Origin: Eledone cirrhosa
Lineage: Eukaryota
DNA: 64,000 nt
Reading direction: 5' to 3'
NCBI GenBank assembly: GCA_964016885.1
Contig: OZ024743.1
Location: 250,418,001 to 250,482,000 of the forward strand
The translations under genes were made by a program, and so were the position numbers. This document shows positions 14,022 through 27,697 of the stretch, one piece after another. Numbering within the stretch: position 1 is the first letter of the stretch; each line of letters starts with the position of its first letter. A model generated the notes under the pieces. The model saw only the letters and a list, made by a program, of their open reading frames with translations, was not told where the DNA came from and searched no databases.

Positions 14022-14463
14022 TGAAACTATCATATAATAGACGTCACATCGCCTGGCCTGATTCCCCTATTTTCCCTTCTTACCTTTTCTATGCCTCAGT
14101 GTCCTTCTTTGTCTGCATGTTGGACAACAGTCTTCTGCTTTACTTTTTCTCTCCTTTCTATATTTTTATGCTCAGGCTAAGCCCTTGCACATTCTACATT
14201 TGTGTAATTTGCCTAAAGGCATAACTTGTCTCTACCTGTTTTGTTGTGTCCCAATGTGCACTGGAATGAATGCTATCGACCTTAAAGCACCAAAACTATA
14301 GTGATTTCCCAAGGTTGACTGTGGAGATGGGACTGTTCATCTTTCCATTGTTTTTTTCCATTGTCTTTGCCCTGTGGGCTTCCTATTTTGAATATATATA
14401 TATAAATATTTATAATCCATGCAAACATGGTAAATGGACATTAAATGATGATGATGATGATGA

Positions 14464-14501
<38 letters not shown>

Positions 14502-15540
14502 GCACACTTAGTCCCAAGGCATTGACTAACCAGAGGCTATAGAAGAAACATTTTACCAAGGTACCATGCAGTGAGACTGAACCAGAAACTATGTGGTTAT
14601 GAAGTGAACTCCTTCAACACACAGTTATCCCTGTTCCTAATTTTGAATAAAAATAAAGAGTTCAGGTTTCATTTGATGAATCCAAAATCTAAAACTCTGC
14701 CAGATTAATGAATACCTTTATCATTAAGATAATGAAGGAATTTTATTCATTGAGACATAATTCATAGTGGTTTATTATCAAAAAATTAACAGATGGCAAC
14801 GATAAAAACAAGATGAAGAATTAACGAAAACAAAAATAGTTTTATCTTAATTAAAAATCTCATTGTAACAGAATTATCTGCAATATTCTTGCCAATTCTT
14901 TGGCAATCTGTGATTAAATTCCGAGAATAAATTTATAATTTTAATGTATTTGTACCTTGCAATACAAATTATTGAAGAGTTTTTAGGTTTGCTCAGTTAA
15001 ACTGTGTCCTAAAGTCTTTTGGATAACTGTTTTAGATAATCTACTTTTTCTGTCTTGTTTTTATTTCAAAACACAATTTATCTTGAAGATTATTAAAAAA
15101 TAAATGAATATTGGCATAAACATTTTGATACCAACCAGTTCAAAAATGCCTCTGGCTCTATGAAACAAACCTATCCATTTTAAAGGGTTCCTATTTAAAT
15201 TAAATTCATCCAACATTTTATATTAAAATCTTCCTACAATTTAATATGAAATTTTAAAAGATTTTAAATTAAAATCTTGCAATAATTTATATAACAGCCA
15301 TTTGTTAAGCTACATTCTTAGTTGTTAATAATTTTAGTAAATCCTTCAAAATTGTTCATTAATTAATTGAAATAAAATGTATTGAATTAGAAATACAGGA
15401 TTAAATAAAAAATAGTGGACAAAAACTATATTTAAAAAGTTATATTTTATTGAATGTAGAAGTTCTATTCTCTGGAAAATGAATTTCATGGGTAGTGAAG
15501 AGTAAAGGGGAATGAGTGTGAAAAAAATGAAGTGATCTTT

Positions 15541-15646
15541 TTCTTCTTCTTCTTCTTCTTCTTCTTCTTCTTCTTCTTCTTCTTCTTCTTCTTCTTCTTC
15601 TTCTTCTTCTTCTTCTTCTTCTTCTTCTTCTTCTTCTTCTTCTTCT
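15541..15646. repeat. (TTC)n microsatellite
   Basis: Directly visible; it creates the poly-E and poly-F ORFs. Confidence 0.97.
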
Positions 15647-15659
15647 ACAAGTTCATAAC

Positions 15660-16285
15660 CTTCCACCTTGAAGGATATCTCCAAGCCAGGAATAAGAAAT
15701 CCCCACCAAGTACCTACTGCACAAAAGAGGAAGGTCATGAGTTGACAATAAATTTATGCTGTGCAAAACAAAGATTGAAAATATTAGCCCACGTCATTTC
15801 CAACTGTCAAAGAATGTCTTCTCATAACTTCCTCATGAGGCATGATGTGATAGCTAGAATGATCCGGAATGCATTCTGGAAAATGAAAATGAAATTAAAT
15901 AGGGAGGAATATATTGAAACTGATAGCTCAAAGGAATACTGGGGGCACCTAAAAATAAAAACTGCCACCAAATTAAAGCACAACTGGCATGATATTGATG
16001 TTTGACACCACACATTAAGAATATGCTCTGTTGCCCACATGATGTCAATGTGGTCAGAAAAGAAGGTTATCTATGGACCATTGATGAGGAGTTTGCTGAT
16101 CCAGTATCCAAGATACCCATTATTTTTGAAGCTACAGGTTATATACCAACTCACCTGCATCAAAATATAACTGAACTTGGATTTGTGGAGAAAGAACATC
16201 ACTACTAAATTTATAAGCTACAAATGGCCACAATATCTGGTACCTTTAAAATCTGTAAAACATTCTTACGATTCAAAACAATGTG
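15660..16285 (+). mobile_element. Degenerate R4/Dong-like (RLE) non-LTR retrotransposon 3' fragment
   Basis: HVISNCQRMSSHNFLMRHDVIAR (CCHC knuckle remnant) and EYW..KIKTATKLKHN. The 3' end is repeated at ~17225-17345. Confidence 0.65.
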
Positions 16286-16739
16286 TGCTTACATAAGAGA
16301 CGAGGACAATTTCCTTTACAATCTTGCCACTGAGAAGCTGGCTGGCCAAAAATAAAATCAAAATTAAGAGAAAGAGGGCACATCCACACATGCATACATA
16401 TACATACATACATATATGTTTACAGGCATACATACACATATATGTATACATACATTCATGCATGCATCCAACCATACATATATACATACAAGTGTACATG
16501 CATACTTATATACATGTATACTTATATACATACGTACTTATATACATACATGCATGAATTTATATACAAGAAACTAATTAACATTTTTAATAATCAGTTC
16601 CCGTCCCACCCTTGCAAGCAGGGAAAAGCGGACGTAAAATGATGATGATGATGATGAATAACTTTATTAATTATTGGTCAATTTTCATAAAACATGTTTT
16701 ATTTTAGTCAGTATAATAGTAGAAGTACAGTACAGTAAT

Positions 16740-17163
16740 GTGTTAAAATTCTACATAGACACCAGTGTTGTCAACCAGTGTTTGTAATCGTCTGAGTATA
16801 TCCTTGACTGACTTCATCAGAAACTCAGTCTGTATGTTGGTCAGTATATGACAAATGTGTGCCTTCAATTGAATCAGATGTTTTGGGGTTTTGAGCTATA
16901 AACTTCTTCCTTTGCCCACCCCAACAGGAAAAAAATGGCATGGTGTTAAGTCAAAGTTTGTTGATGGCCATTCATGTGGATCTCAATGACCCTGCCAACA
17001 TCCTGGATATTGGACATCAAGCCACACATGGACAGTGCATGCAAAATGAGGGAGGGTTTCATCTTATATGAATATGAGGTTATTGATGTTGTCCCAAGTG
17101 ACCACAGTAAGAAAAACATCTTCAATATTCAATAGGGAGTTTCTTTCCACCCATCCTGCATAA
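16740..17163 (-). mobile_element. Tc1/mariner-superfamily transposase relic (internally deleted)
   Basis: Minus strand near 16880-16970 reads WPSTNFDLTPCHFFLLGWAKEEVY (cf. WPxxSPDLTPxDFFLWGxxKxxVY). TIR-like tatgcaggatgggtgg at ~17163. Confidence 0.6.
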
Positions 17164-17349
17164 ATATGCATGCATGCATGCATACATACATACTTAACTA
17201 CACACATGCATTTCATATACCAGTCTGCCTTGACTGAACTTGGATTTGCAGAAAAAGAATGCATTTCCTTAATTCATCAGCTACAAATGGCCACAATACC
17301 TGGAAACTAAAAATCTATAAAACATTTTTACGCTTCAAAAGATGAATGA

Positions 17350-18522
17350 TTGCACAAGGGACAGCGTATGTATGAGATGAAAGAATGGTATTTAACTAAT
17401 GTAATGGTACACGATGGGGCCCACCCACAGCCCCGGTGGACAGAATGGAGAAGGCATTTCCCCGACGATGGCAAGGGAGACGCGCTGGAAAAGCCACTCC
17501 AACTCGCGGGGCTCACACCTACGGCTGGCCAGCTCAGCGCCTATGGTGGTGAGTAGGGAGGTAGCCCTGGGGCTGAGGACACCAGAAGTTTCCACTGCCA
17601 GGGGAACGACCACAAACCTGTCGAAGAGCGACCAGTATTTGAGGAGTTTGGCCCCTCTCAGCCCGACGTGCAGCAGAACCTGGGTCAGTCGCAGACTGCA
17701 CCAGGTTGCGGCTGCAGAAAGTGTCGGTGAACGTGGCATCCCAGACGAGGGGTTTGCCACCGCAGAACGGAAAGATGGTCAGGCCATCTGGCCTTTTGTC
17801 GTCTCCTCGATCCATCCCCACCGGCTCGAGCTGGGAAGGGAAGCCTGCAGCGTCCAAGCCATGCTTAATGACCTCGTTGAGGGCAGTATGGCGTGGAATG
17901 CGGCCGGAACTGTGGCGACAGGAAAGCGGGTGGAGGCCAAAAGAGTCCACAGTGGAACTGCAGCGACATTGGTGTGGCTGGCAGATCCGGAGGCCGAGCC
18001 TCAGGGAAATGCCGATTCGCAGGCTATGGTTGTCTAGCTGCATGCCAGTGGAGAAGGAGGGCAGAGCATGGAGCCAGGCACCACTGTGGGGTTTGGAGGC
18101 CGCATGAAAACAAGCAAGTGCATTGGGGGACTTGACGTCTACAGGGGGAGAAGGAGGAGGGACGTCTACTGGGCTAAGTCCCAGCCGGTCCCACGTCTCA
18201 CAGGTGGCCTCACGTTCTCTGAACACAGAGGGTTCTGTTGTGTTTTGAAGAACCCTGCTGATGAGGACGTGGCACGAGGTTACCGACGAAAGATACGCCG
18301 GCAAAGCTAGTGAGATCGGGGACCGGAGGCCTAGGCCGCCATACCTGACCGGTAAAGTGGCCTGTGGCCACCCTATGTCGTCTAATTTGACGTTGCATAT
18401 CCCCTCGGCTGCTGCTCGGATACAAGTATCGAGGTCAGTGAGGAGAGATATCTGGGTGTAGCATGGAGCACTGCGGAGTGTATAGAGGAGCTTCGGCATG
18501 GCGAAGCAATTCCTCAACAGTG
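17350..18522 (-). mobile_element. CRE-like non-LTR retrotransposon 3' part (RT thumb, Zn knuckle, RLE endonuclease)
   Basis: QATLPVRYGGLGLRS, SGAWLHALPS, LRLGLRICQPHQCRC..GLHPLSC, RHTALN, KRPDGLT..WDATFTDT and PLAVETSG. GC-rich relative to flanks. Confidence 0.85.
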
Positions 18523-19395
18523 ACATAAACTTCAAACATAAGCAGGGAAGCAGAGCTCTAACATCAATCCAGACAGAATTTGAATGTCGCATCATACCCC
18601 TCCAACAACATCTATGAACCACCAAGTGTAGGAGCCCATCTACTGAGTATGTCTGTCTACATGAGGCAGAGAAAATATCATAGGTGTTGGAAAGAAACTC
18701 CATGAGAAATACTCCCTTCATGATAATCAAAATCGCACACCCAGGGAAATTGACCAGCAATACTGGAGTGAATCCATGGATGAAAAACTGCTTGCTTATC
18801 AGCAAAAAATCATGCATGGATATATTACCAGGAGACTCCAAAGTGAGAGTAGTATAGATAAGCAAAGTAGTCTATCTTGGACCAACAACTGCTATGTTGG
18901 TTCCCACTTTGAAGGATAGTCTTTTGCAATCCAAGAACAGGAAATGAATACAAAGTACCTGATTCACAAAAGAGATAGGAATGCAGGAAAAACACCTAGA
19001 TGTGACAACAAATGCAAACACTGCAGAATAAACATTGAAGATGTCATAAGACATATACATACATAATATCAAAGAGTACTGGTGGAATGTTCCAGTGAAA
19101 ACCCCAATACCATACAAGCATAACAGACCAGATATAGTGATATGGGATAGGGAAAAGAAGGTATGCACATTAGTAGATGCCAATACAATATTAAAGGAGA
19201 ACTTCTATGCAGAACTTATGAGGAATCTGAGGGTTTATACCTGTGATTATTGGGGCTTTGGGATATATTACAAACTGCCTCAGTAAATTCTTGAGAAGCT
19301 AGGCTTCACAAAACCAGAAAGAACATGACTAGTTTGGAAGTTCCAAGTACAATCCATTAACGAAACTGTAAAAATATGTAAAATATTCCAAAATG
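18523..19395 (+). mobile_element. Degenerate R4/Dong-like element 3' fragment
   Basis: AIQEQE..TKY, CKHC..IED and EYWWNVPVKTPIPYKHNRPDIVIWDREKKVCTLVD (RLE PD motif). Confidence 0.75.
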
Positions 19396-19424
19396 TTTGC
19401 ATGTAATAATTGCATATATACATA

Positions 19425-19756
19425 TCATCATCATCATCATCATTTCATTTTACGTCCACTTTTCCCTGCTTGCAAGGGTGGGACGGGAACTGATTCTGGC
19501 TTGATTTCTACAGCTGGATGCCCTTCCTAACACCAACCTCATTTACAGTGAGTGCTGGGTGCTTTTTTGCTGTGGCACCTCCATGAATGATAGGGATCCC
19601 AGTCCCTATAATCACATTTCTACAGCTGAGTAAACTGGAGCAACGTGAAATAAAGTGTCTTGCTCAAGGAAACAACACATCACCCGGTCTGAGAATTGAA
19701 CTCACAACCTTTCGATTGCAAAGCCAATGCTCTAACCACTAAGCCATGTGCCTCCA
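19425..19756 (-). mobile_element. tRNA-derived SINE, family B (tRNA head, CORE-like segment, RTE-type tail)
   Basis: Minus strand: ggcacatggcttagtggttagagc..gagttcaattctc..ccttgagcaagacacttt..ggttggtgttaggaagggcatcc..ggacgtaaaatga(tga)n. Copies at 29910-30226, 60452-60770, 60782-61128 and 61172-61446. Confidence 0.85.
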
Positions 19757-20245
19757 TTCAATATATAGATTCAAAACATATGCATGACCACACATATAAT
19801 GCAAAGCATACAGATCCACACATACAATAACATCTATACTTGCACACACATGCACGCATGCAGACATATCTACCTAATTATTGTTGTCTAAATTTCAATG
19901 AAAGAGTGTTGTATCTATGTTAGAAACAGACTCTCTCTCTCTCTATTGGTAAAACTTTATAAAATAATGAAACCAGAAGAATATACTTACATACATTAGC
20001 TAGCCTCATTGTTGCAGTTCATTGTTTCTAGTTTTATTCATTTCTGTATTGTGTAAGTCTATGTGCCCCCCTTTTTTTTTCTTGTGTATCTTAAAACTGG
20101 TTTTACTTGGTATATTAATAACTGGAGATAGAAAGCCATATTTATTTCTAGAAAATGTTACTAAAAACCAAGTCCCAATAGACCCAATGTTTTGATTTTA
20201 TTACACCCTTAATTTAAAGTTTCTCAACATCATTTATCAGCTCAG

Positions 20246-20445
20246 TACGAAGGTCAGCAAAAAGTTCATAGGCTGACCAAAATACTCTCATGGAATGACC
20301 AAATGAGATTTATTTTTCAACAGAGTCCCTGAAAAGAAACAATACAGTTATTAATAAGAAGAGTTGAAATCAATGCATGCAAGATTTCACAGCAATTGCA
20401 TCACTCCTTCATAGACAGCCCATGAACTTTTCAGCTGACCCTTGT
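20246..20445. mobile_element. Mariner-like MITE (~200 bp)
   Basis: TIRs tacgaaggtcagcaaaaagttcataggctg / cagcccatgaacttttcagctgacccttgt. Confidence 0.65.
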
Positions 20446-22089
20446 CGTCTATGTCTGTATATACCCTGTTGTTGTTCTTCTTTTTGGAGGTGGGGGGTAT
20501 TGGACACTTGGTAAACAAATCTATTCCAATTAATTAAATAGTGATATGATATAATGAGTGAGGAAATTAAGGAATTAATGATTAGTGAGTGATCAGTGGT
20601 CAGGTTGTTTCGATGAATGACCTTGAGAAAATATGTCTGTTGATTAAAAAGACCTTATTATCTCATAATTAGCTAAGTTAATTAAGTAAAGTATCTTATG
20701 ATGAAACATGTTAACTGCTGAGTGAGTGCATATGCCTTTGTGTGTTGTGTGAGTGAGTTGCATATCAGATTTTACATGGCAGCAACCAATAGTTTACCGC
20801 CCCAACCATGTTCCCATAACTCCTCTTGAAGACTGTTATGGTGCATACAAGACTAACTGCTGCTTTAGTAGAGCCTTAAAAAGCTTGTGTGTGGGTGTGT
20901 GTAGCAGAGAGAGATATGTCTGAATATCTAAAGCTGTTTGATTTTCATTGCATGGGGATTAATTACTTGAGACATAAAATTGTTGATTGATTTTAACACA
21001 ACTGTTATATATTAAGTTGTTTCTCAGTTACATATTCTGTATATATACAGATATAGCTTTAACTGTTATATGTTTAAAGCAAAATAACTTTTTTTTCATT
21101 CTTAATCTGGTGTTTGGAATAACATTTTCTTACATAAAATTATTATGAAAAGTTTAAATTAAACATGAACACATTAAAACAAATAGCTTTGTATCATAAA
21201 ACCAGGGGCGGTTTCAGGCAGTTTAGTATCAAAAGCATGAAATTCTAAATAGAAATTTATGTATTTATATTTCAGAATGTAGAAACTACCATAAGTTCTA
21301 AACTTTTAGTTAAATATTTTGTTGTGGGAATACATAACATATTTTTTGAATATACTGAATAGAAATGTAAATATAGAAACCTTCTATAACTTATTTTTTA
21401 TTTAAACATAATTTGATACACATTATTGCATAATTTCAATATATCATTCATAGACAGAACGAAGAATCAAATATTGAAGTGATCCTTAAATTTATGTTTT
21501 ATTATTTTTTTTTAAACAAAATATGAATATATTTAATAACTAAAATGGGGATATTTAAATATTTTATAGGACGTAATGTTTTGAATTTGAATTAATAAAC
21601 CATTTCAAAATTTTAAAGTGATATTTTTTTAAAAAGGTCAGTATCATTTTAAGATCAAACACAACCCAAATATCTATGAATTTGTTAAATTGTATATACC
21701 AATATTTTTACTTTGACCTTGCTAAAGAAGAAAAAAAGAAGACAAACAAAGAAATATAAAACTATCAGACAAAACAAAAAGACTAATCGAAGGTGCAGGA
21801 ATGCCTTTTGGTTTAGGTGTTCACTTTGTAACCATGTGGCTTGGGTTCAGTTCTAATGTATGGGATTTTGAACAAGTGTATTCTACTGTAGACTTGAGTT
21901 GATCAATGCTTTGTGAGGTAAATGTGGTAGACAGAAAATGTAGAGGACCATCTTGTATCATCCTTATCATTGCTTAATGTCCATTTTCCCTGCTAGCATA
22001 GGTTTGACAAGTCGTTACAGACCATGTGAGTGCTCAAGTGAAGCTAGTGACCTGACAGATAGAACAGGAGGCCTGCAATTCCCTTGTAT

Positions 22090-22390
22090 ACAATACTGCA
22101 CTCTACTGAGTAGTTAGCCAGGCAGTATAAGTGTGCATCCACAGCAGGTCCTGAGGAAAATGGTCATATGCCTTCTCAAGGTTGATGAAACAAGAATATA
22201 CCTCTTGGCAGTACTCGCATGATTTTTCGAATACCTGCCACTGTGTGAATATTTGGTTGGGGTTATCACTCCCGATTGACATTACGTAGGAGCCTTTCCA
22301 GAAATCTAAACCACCTGGCACACATGAGTCAGCCAGAGAATACCTTTCATCCAATCCAGCAGCCTTGCCACATTGAGCTCTTCTCAAATC
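22090..22390 (-). mobile_element. Degenerate RTE-like RT fragment
   Basis: FEKSCEYCQEVYSCFINLEKAYD and GKAAGLDE motifs. Confidence 0.65.
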
Positions 22391-22502
22391 TCAAAATATG
22401 AAAGAGATGGTGCTGAAATGGGTAATAAGAACTGCCTTTCTGTACATATATATATAATGTTTGTGTGTGTATACACAATTTATATATATATAATTTATAT
22501 AT

Positions 22503-23103
22503 AAGACTACGTTGGTACAGTCACGTGATGCACATGAAAGACGACAGCTGTATAAAAAAGTGCAGGGCGATAAAAATAGACGGTTGCCACGGAGTAGGCA
22601 GACCCAGAAAAACCTGGGACGACTTGATAAATTCCGACCTCACACACTTACACCTCTCCAAGACAATGTCACTGGACCGAGATCTTTGGCGCTACGTAGT
22701 AATACAGAAGACCCGCCTTACCTAAGTACAAAGCGAAACCTACAGTCAGTAGGCACCTCTTAACCAAAATACACCCCCATCCCACTACCCCCACCCCATC
22801 CACCCCTTTCAATGTAAAGTTATGTTGGTACCACAACATCCAGTCTGAAACAAATGAGGTTGTGTAGGTGTCACTACAAAAAAACACAGTCCACGCTGTA
22901 ATGTGGCTGTGTAGGTAACACGGTAAAAACCTCCCAGTCCACACTGTAAACGTGGTTGGTGTTAGGAAGGGCATCCAGCCGTAGAAAAGCCGCCAGACAG
23001 TCCTATGCGAGCAAGACAACCAATCTTGCCTCAAGTGGGAAAATTCCCATCCAAACCCATGCTAGCATGGAAGATGGACGTTAAACGATGATGATGATGA
23101 TGA
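22503..23103 (+). mobile_element. RTE LINE 3' end plus SINE-like tail
   Basis: RLRWYSHVMHMKDD..GRPRKTW. Near-identical to the reverse complement of 24910-25500. Confidence 0.85.
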
Positions 23104-24418
23104 TATATATATATAAATGTGGCGAATTGGCAGAGTCATTAAGATGTCGGAATAGAATGCTTTACGGTATTTGTCCCACCTCATTGTGCATTCTGAATTC
23201 AAATCCTGCCATGGCCAACTATGCCTTTCATACTTTTGAGGTCAATTAAAAAAGTACCAGTCCAGTACTGGGTTCAGACCTGAAGGGGGTTGGGCTCTAC
23301 CAGATTTAAAAGTGCCCTAGACATGCCGTATGACGTGCCTCTATGACTGCACAAGTTATGGGATCTTTATCTTTATTTCCCTCTATATATATATATACAT
23401 ATGTATGTATATGCATGCATGCATACATATATGCAGAGATACATATATATATAGGAAAAGAGTCAGGACCGTTTTTCCTATTACCCGCTCTACTATTCTA
23501 AGTATTGAATACTCTGATGTGTTATGGTCAACCTGGTATCTTCCCACACCTTCTTTGTTATATATATATATATATATGAATATTTTTCTGTATGATCAAC
23601 ACGCGTTATTTTTTTACAGTTTCAAATGTTAGTTGACAACAATTTTCTTTACTATTTATTTATTCATAATTTAATAAATAGATAATAGGAAACACATTCA
23701 ATAACCTTGACTTTCTGAAACAAAATTAAAACATGTATAAAATGAAAATGAAATATAAAAAAATAAGAATAAAAGAAAGAACACAGCTGAAATGTATCTA
23801 TGACAAAAAAATCTAAATAAAATTTAAAAAATAAATAAAAGTAAATCGAAATAAAATAATTCCACATGTTATCTTCTGCTTTACAAATCAGAAGATAACA
23901 TGTGGATTAACAAAGTAATGGTAAGTCTTAAAAAAAAAGAGAATACATACTGAAGCTATCAAGGAAAAGAAACAAAAGGAAAAGAAACAAAAGACAGAAA
24001 TTGTTGTCTTTAAGCAAAATGACATACCATGGCTAAGCTAACGATATTCATTACTTATTTTCTCCATCCCCACAACCTACCCACCCCTGTCACCTCCTGG
24101 TTGGGTTGGCAATGAAACATTTCGAAATCACTGAAGCATTGAAAAAAAAAACAATATATATATATATACCCTACACACATATATTTAAATGTGCATATAT
24201 ACTCACAAATATAAACATATGCATATGATGTATTAGTGTGTGTGTGTGTATGTATATGGGTATATATATATAATATAAGATCAAAAGATGGTTAAAAGAG
24301 TTCCAAGTATTTTATATATATATATGTATATGCACACACATATGTACACATCTATATATGTATATATATATGTACATATAGATGCACACACACATACATA
24401 TATGCATATATGTATATA

Positions 24419-24490
<72 letters not shown>

Positions 24491-24909
24491 TATGTAAGTA
24501 TGAAATATATATATATATATAAGTATGAAATTTCGTTTCATTTTTTCCGTTTATATATATATATATATAATGAAAAGGTTGTGTAAAACATCTTTCCTTT
24601 AAAAATAAATGTTTACTCATCCATGGAAATATAAAGATAATAAAAGGAAAACTTGGAGATCTCTCAACTCTGTCACTGGTCTGGTAATGAGGACCTATTT
24701 AACCCTCCACCAACAAGACATTACACAAAGTAATGAATGGAGAATTGAGCTACCTTCCAGTTTTATTGATAGTCATTTACTGGGGTGTAAAGAAAAAAAG
24801 ACATAAATATTTAAAATCTGTTGAATATACATACATATATATATTTTATACATACATATATATTATACATACACATATATATATTATACATATATATATA
24901 TATATATAT

Positions 24910-26239
24910 ATCATCATCATCATCATCGTTTAACGTCCATCTTCCACGCTTGCATGGGTTTGGACGGGAGTTTTCCCACTTGAGGCAAGAGTGGTTGTCT
25001 TGCTCGCATAGGACTGTCTGGGGGGTTTTCTACGGCTGGATGCCCTTCCTAACACCAACCACATTTACAGTGTGGAACTGGCAGGTTTTTACCGTGTTAC
25101 CTACACGGTCACATTACAGCGTGGACTGTGTATTTCTTTGTCGTGACACCTACACGACCACATTTGTTTCGGGCTGGATGTTGTGCTACCAACATAACTT
25201 TACATTGAAAGGGGTGGTATGGATGGGGGTGTATTTTGTTAGAGGTGCCTAGTGACTGTAGTAGGTTTCACTTTGCACTTAGGTAAGGCGGGTCTTCTCT
25301 ATTACTGTGTAGCACCAAAGATCTCGGTCCAGTGACATTGTCTTGGAGAGGTGTAAGTGTGAGGTCGGAATTTATCAAGTCGTCCCAGGTTTTTCTGGGT
25401 CTGCCTACTCCGTGGCTACCATCTATTTTTATTGCCCTGCACTTTTTTATACAGCTGTCGTCTTTCATGCGCATCACATGACCATACCAACGTAGTCTTC
25501 TCTCGAGTAAACAACATCTGATCCCTCTTATTCCTAATTTCTCCCTTAGTTCGTTTATGCTTTGCCATTCACGTATATTACTATTACACATCCAGCGGAG
25601 CATGCAAGCTTCGTTTCTCTCCAATCTGCATATATCCTCTCCACACAATGCCCAGGTCTCACTGCCATGTAATATTGCTGTTCGTATGCAGGCATCATAC
25701 AGCCTGCCTTTCATTTTTAGAGAGAACCCTTTAGCGGCCAATACTGGTATAAGCTCTCTGAACTTTTTCCATCCCGTTCTGACTCTAGCTACTGTACTTT
25801 CAGAGCACCCTCCCCCATTGCTGATTTTGTCACCCAGGTAACGGAAGCTGTCCACTATTTCTATAGAACCATCTGTGCAATGGAATGAGTTAGTATTCTG
25901 TGGGCACTTGCTGCTACTTATTGCACCAGACCACCGGCCACATATAAAACCTATATTCTTAGTTAGCTTACCTGTGATCCCTCTACATCTTTTATGTACC
26001 CATACTTTGCATTTGGGACATAAAATGGAGTTTCTACCTACTCCTTTCCTACACACTGAGCATGGCCATTTCCCGGATGGGACCGGTGCCCTATTCCTTC
26101 CTACAAACTAGAACTTTAGTCTTAGACAAGTTAACTTTAAGGCCTTTTGATTCTAGGCTATGCTTCCATGTTTGGAATTTCTTCTCTAGTTCAGCCATTG
26201 ATTCAGCTATGAGCGTTAGATCATCTGCATATAGGAGTT

Positions 26240-26242
<3 letters not shown>
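24910..26242 (-). mobile_element. 5'-truncated RTE-clade LINE (RT C-terminal part with embedded PHD-like Cys/His finger) plus 3' tail
   Basis: ELLYADDLTLIAES, KVNLSKTK, CSVCRKGVGRNSILCPKCKVWVHKRC, FRYLGD, LHGSETW, RRLRWYGHV, GRPRKTW. The 5' end abuts (TA)n. Confidence 0.92.
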
Positions 26243-26290
<48 letters not shown>

Positions 26291-26597
26291 TTGGTGCTCT
26301 GAAATAGCGATATCTATATGAATGTATATACAGTGTATTTTGCAATACACTGTATGCTTAATTAAAAGCATTTCGAAGACCTTACGCTATTGTTTTAGAG
26401 TAGTGACAGTCTCACTTACTTCAATTTTCAGCAAACAGCGTAAGGTCTTCGAAATGCTATTAATTAAGCATTCAGTGTATTGCAAAATACACTATATATA
26501 TACATTCATATATATATATGTATTATACATACATATATATATATATTATACATATATATATATATATATATTATACATACATACATATATATATATT

Positions 26598-26649
<52 letters not shown>

Positions 26650-27090
26650 GGGTTATCGTTATAGGTTGTGAGTACTCCGCGTCGGGGATAGTTTTAACGT
26701 AGGGCTTTGTTTGACTCAACAAGATGCTTCCATAGTTATGCAGCGAGTTTGCGGTAATTTCTATGCAGGTTATACTTGGAGTAATAATAGTTAAAGAATG
26801 AAGAGTAATATGGTTGGCTGTACAATAAGGGCTTTATTTATTTATTTACAGCCAACCATGTTACTCTTCATTCTTTAACTACATCTATGTATATATATCT
26901 ATATATATATCCATGCACATATACATACATGTATAAATACACATACATACATATATACACATACATACATATATACACATATATACATATATACACATAC
27001 ATACATATATACACATACATACATCATCATCATCATCATCATCGTTTAACATCCATCTTCCACGCTTGCATGGGTTTGGATGCTTGCATG

Positions 27091-27121
<31 letters not shown>

Positions 27122-27159
27122 AACAAAATGCGAATTTTTTTTTGCTCCAACATAGCGGA

Positions 27160-27685
27160 TATGTAAATGCATTCACGAGTTTTATACTGAATAATAACAT
27201 TCAAGTGTTGCAAGCAAACAGCCTCATTACGCTATGATTTTTAGTTGACCATCACCATCATTTTCTAGCAGTGACAGAGAGTAACAATCGACAATATTGT
27301 TTCTGGGTTATTGCCCTTTCTCAAGATTGTGTATCTGTCTTCTGTCACTCAAAACTCTTGAGAAAATATAGTATTCTCTAAAGTATGCATTAGCTGATTA
27401 GCCAGCTGTGAAATCGCTCAGTGCACAAAGTAGGCTAATCAGCCAATTTATACTTTAGAGAATACTGTATATTCTCAAAAGTTCTAGTGAGTGACAGAAG
27501 AGAGATACACAATCTTGACAAAGGGCAATAACCCATGAACAACATTGTCGATTGTTTCTCTATGTTACCGCTAGAACTAAAGGATGTGATGGTCATCTAG
27601 AAAACATAGCTTAATGAGACTGTTTGCTTGCAAACAAATCAAATATTCTTATTACTCAATATAAAACTCATGCATGAATTTATAT
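27160..27685. mobile_element. Foldback/MITE with ~240-bp imperfect inverted arms and a ~30-bp loop
   Basis: ttgcaagcaaacagcctcatta..gctgattagcc is mirrored by ggctaatcagc..taatgagactgtttgcttgcaa. Confidence 0.8.
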
Positions 27686-27697
27686 ACACACATACAG

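Noticed and set aside
15346-16005. Poly-E and poly-F ORFs
   Set aside because: They are produced by the (TTC)n tract; the remainder is a decayed retrotransposon.
17534-18865. 443-aa ORF as a single protein
   Set aside because: The N-terminal ~115 aa is antisense read-through of an R4-like fragment; only 18522 downward is CRE-like.
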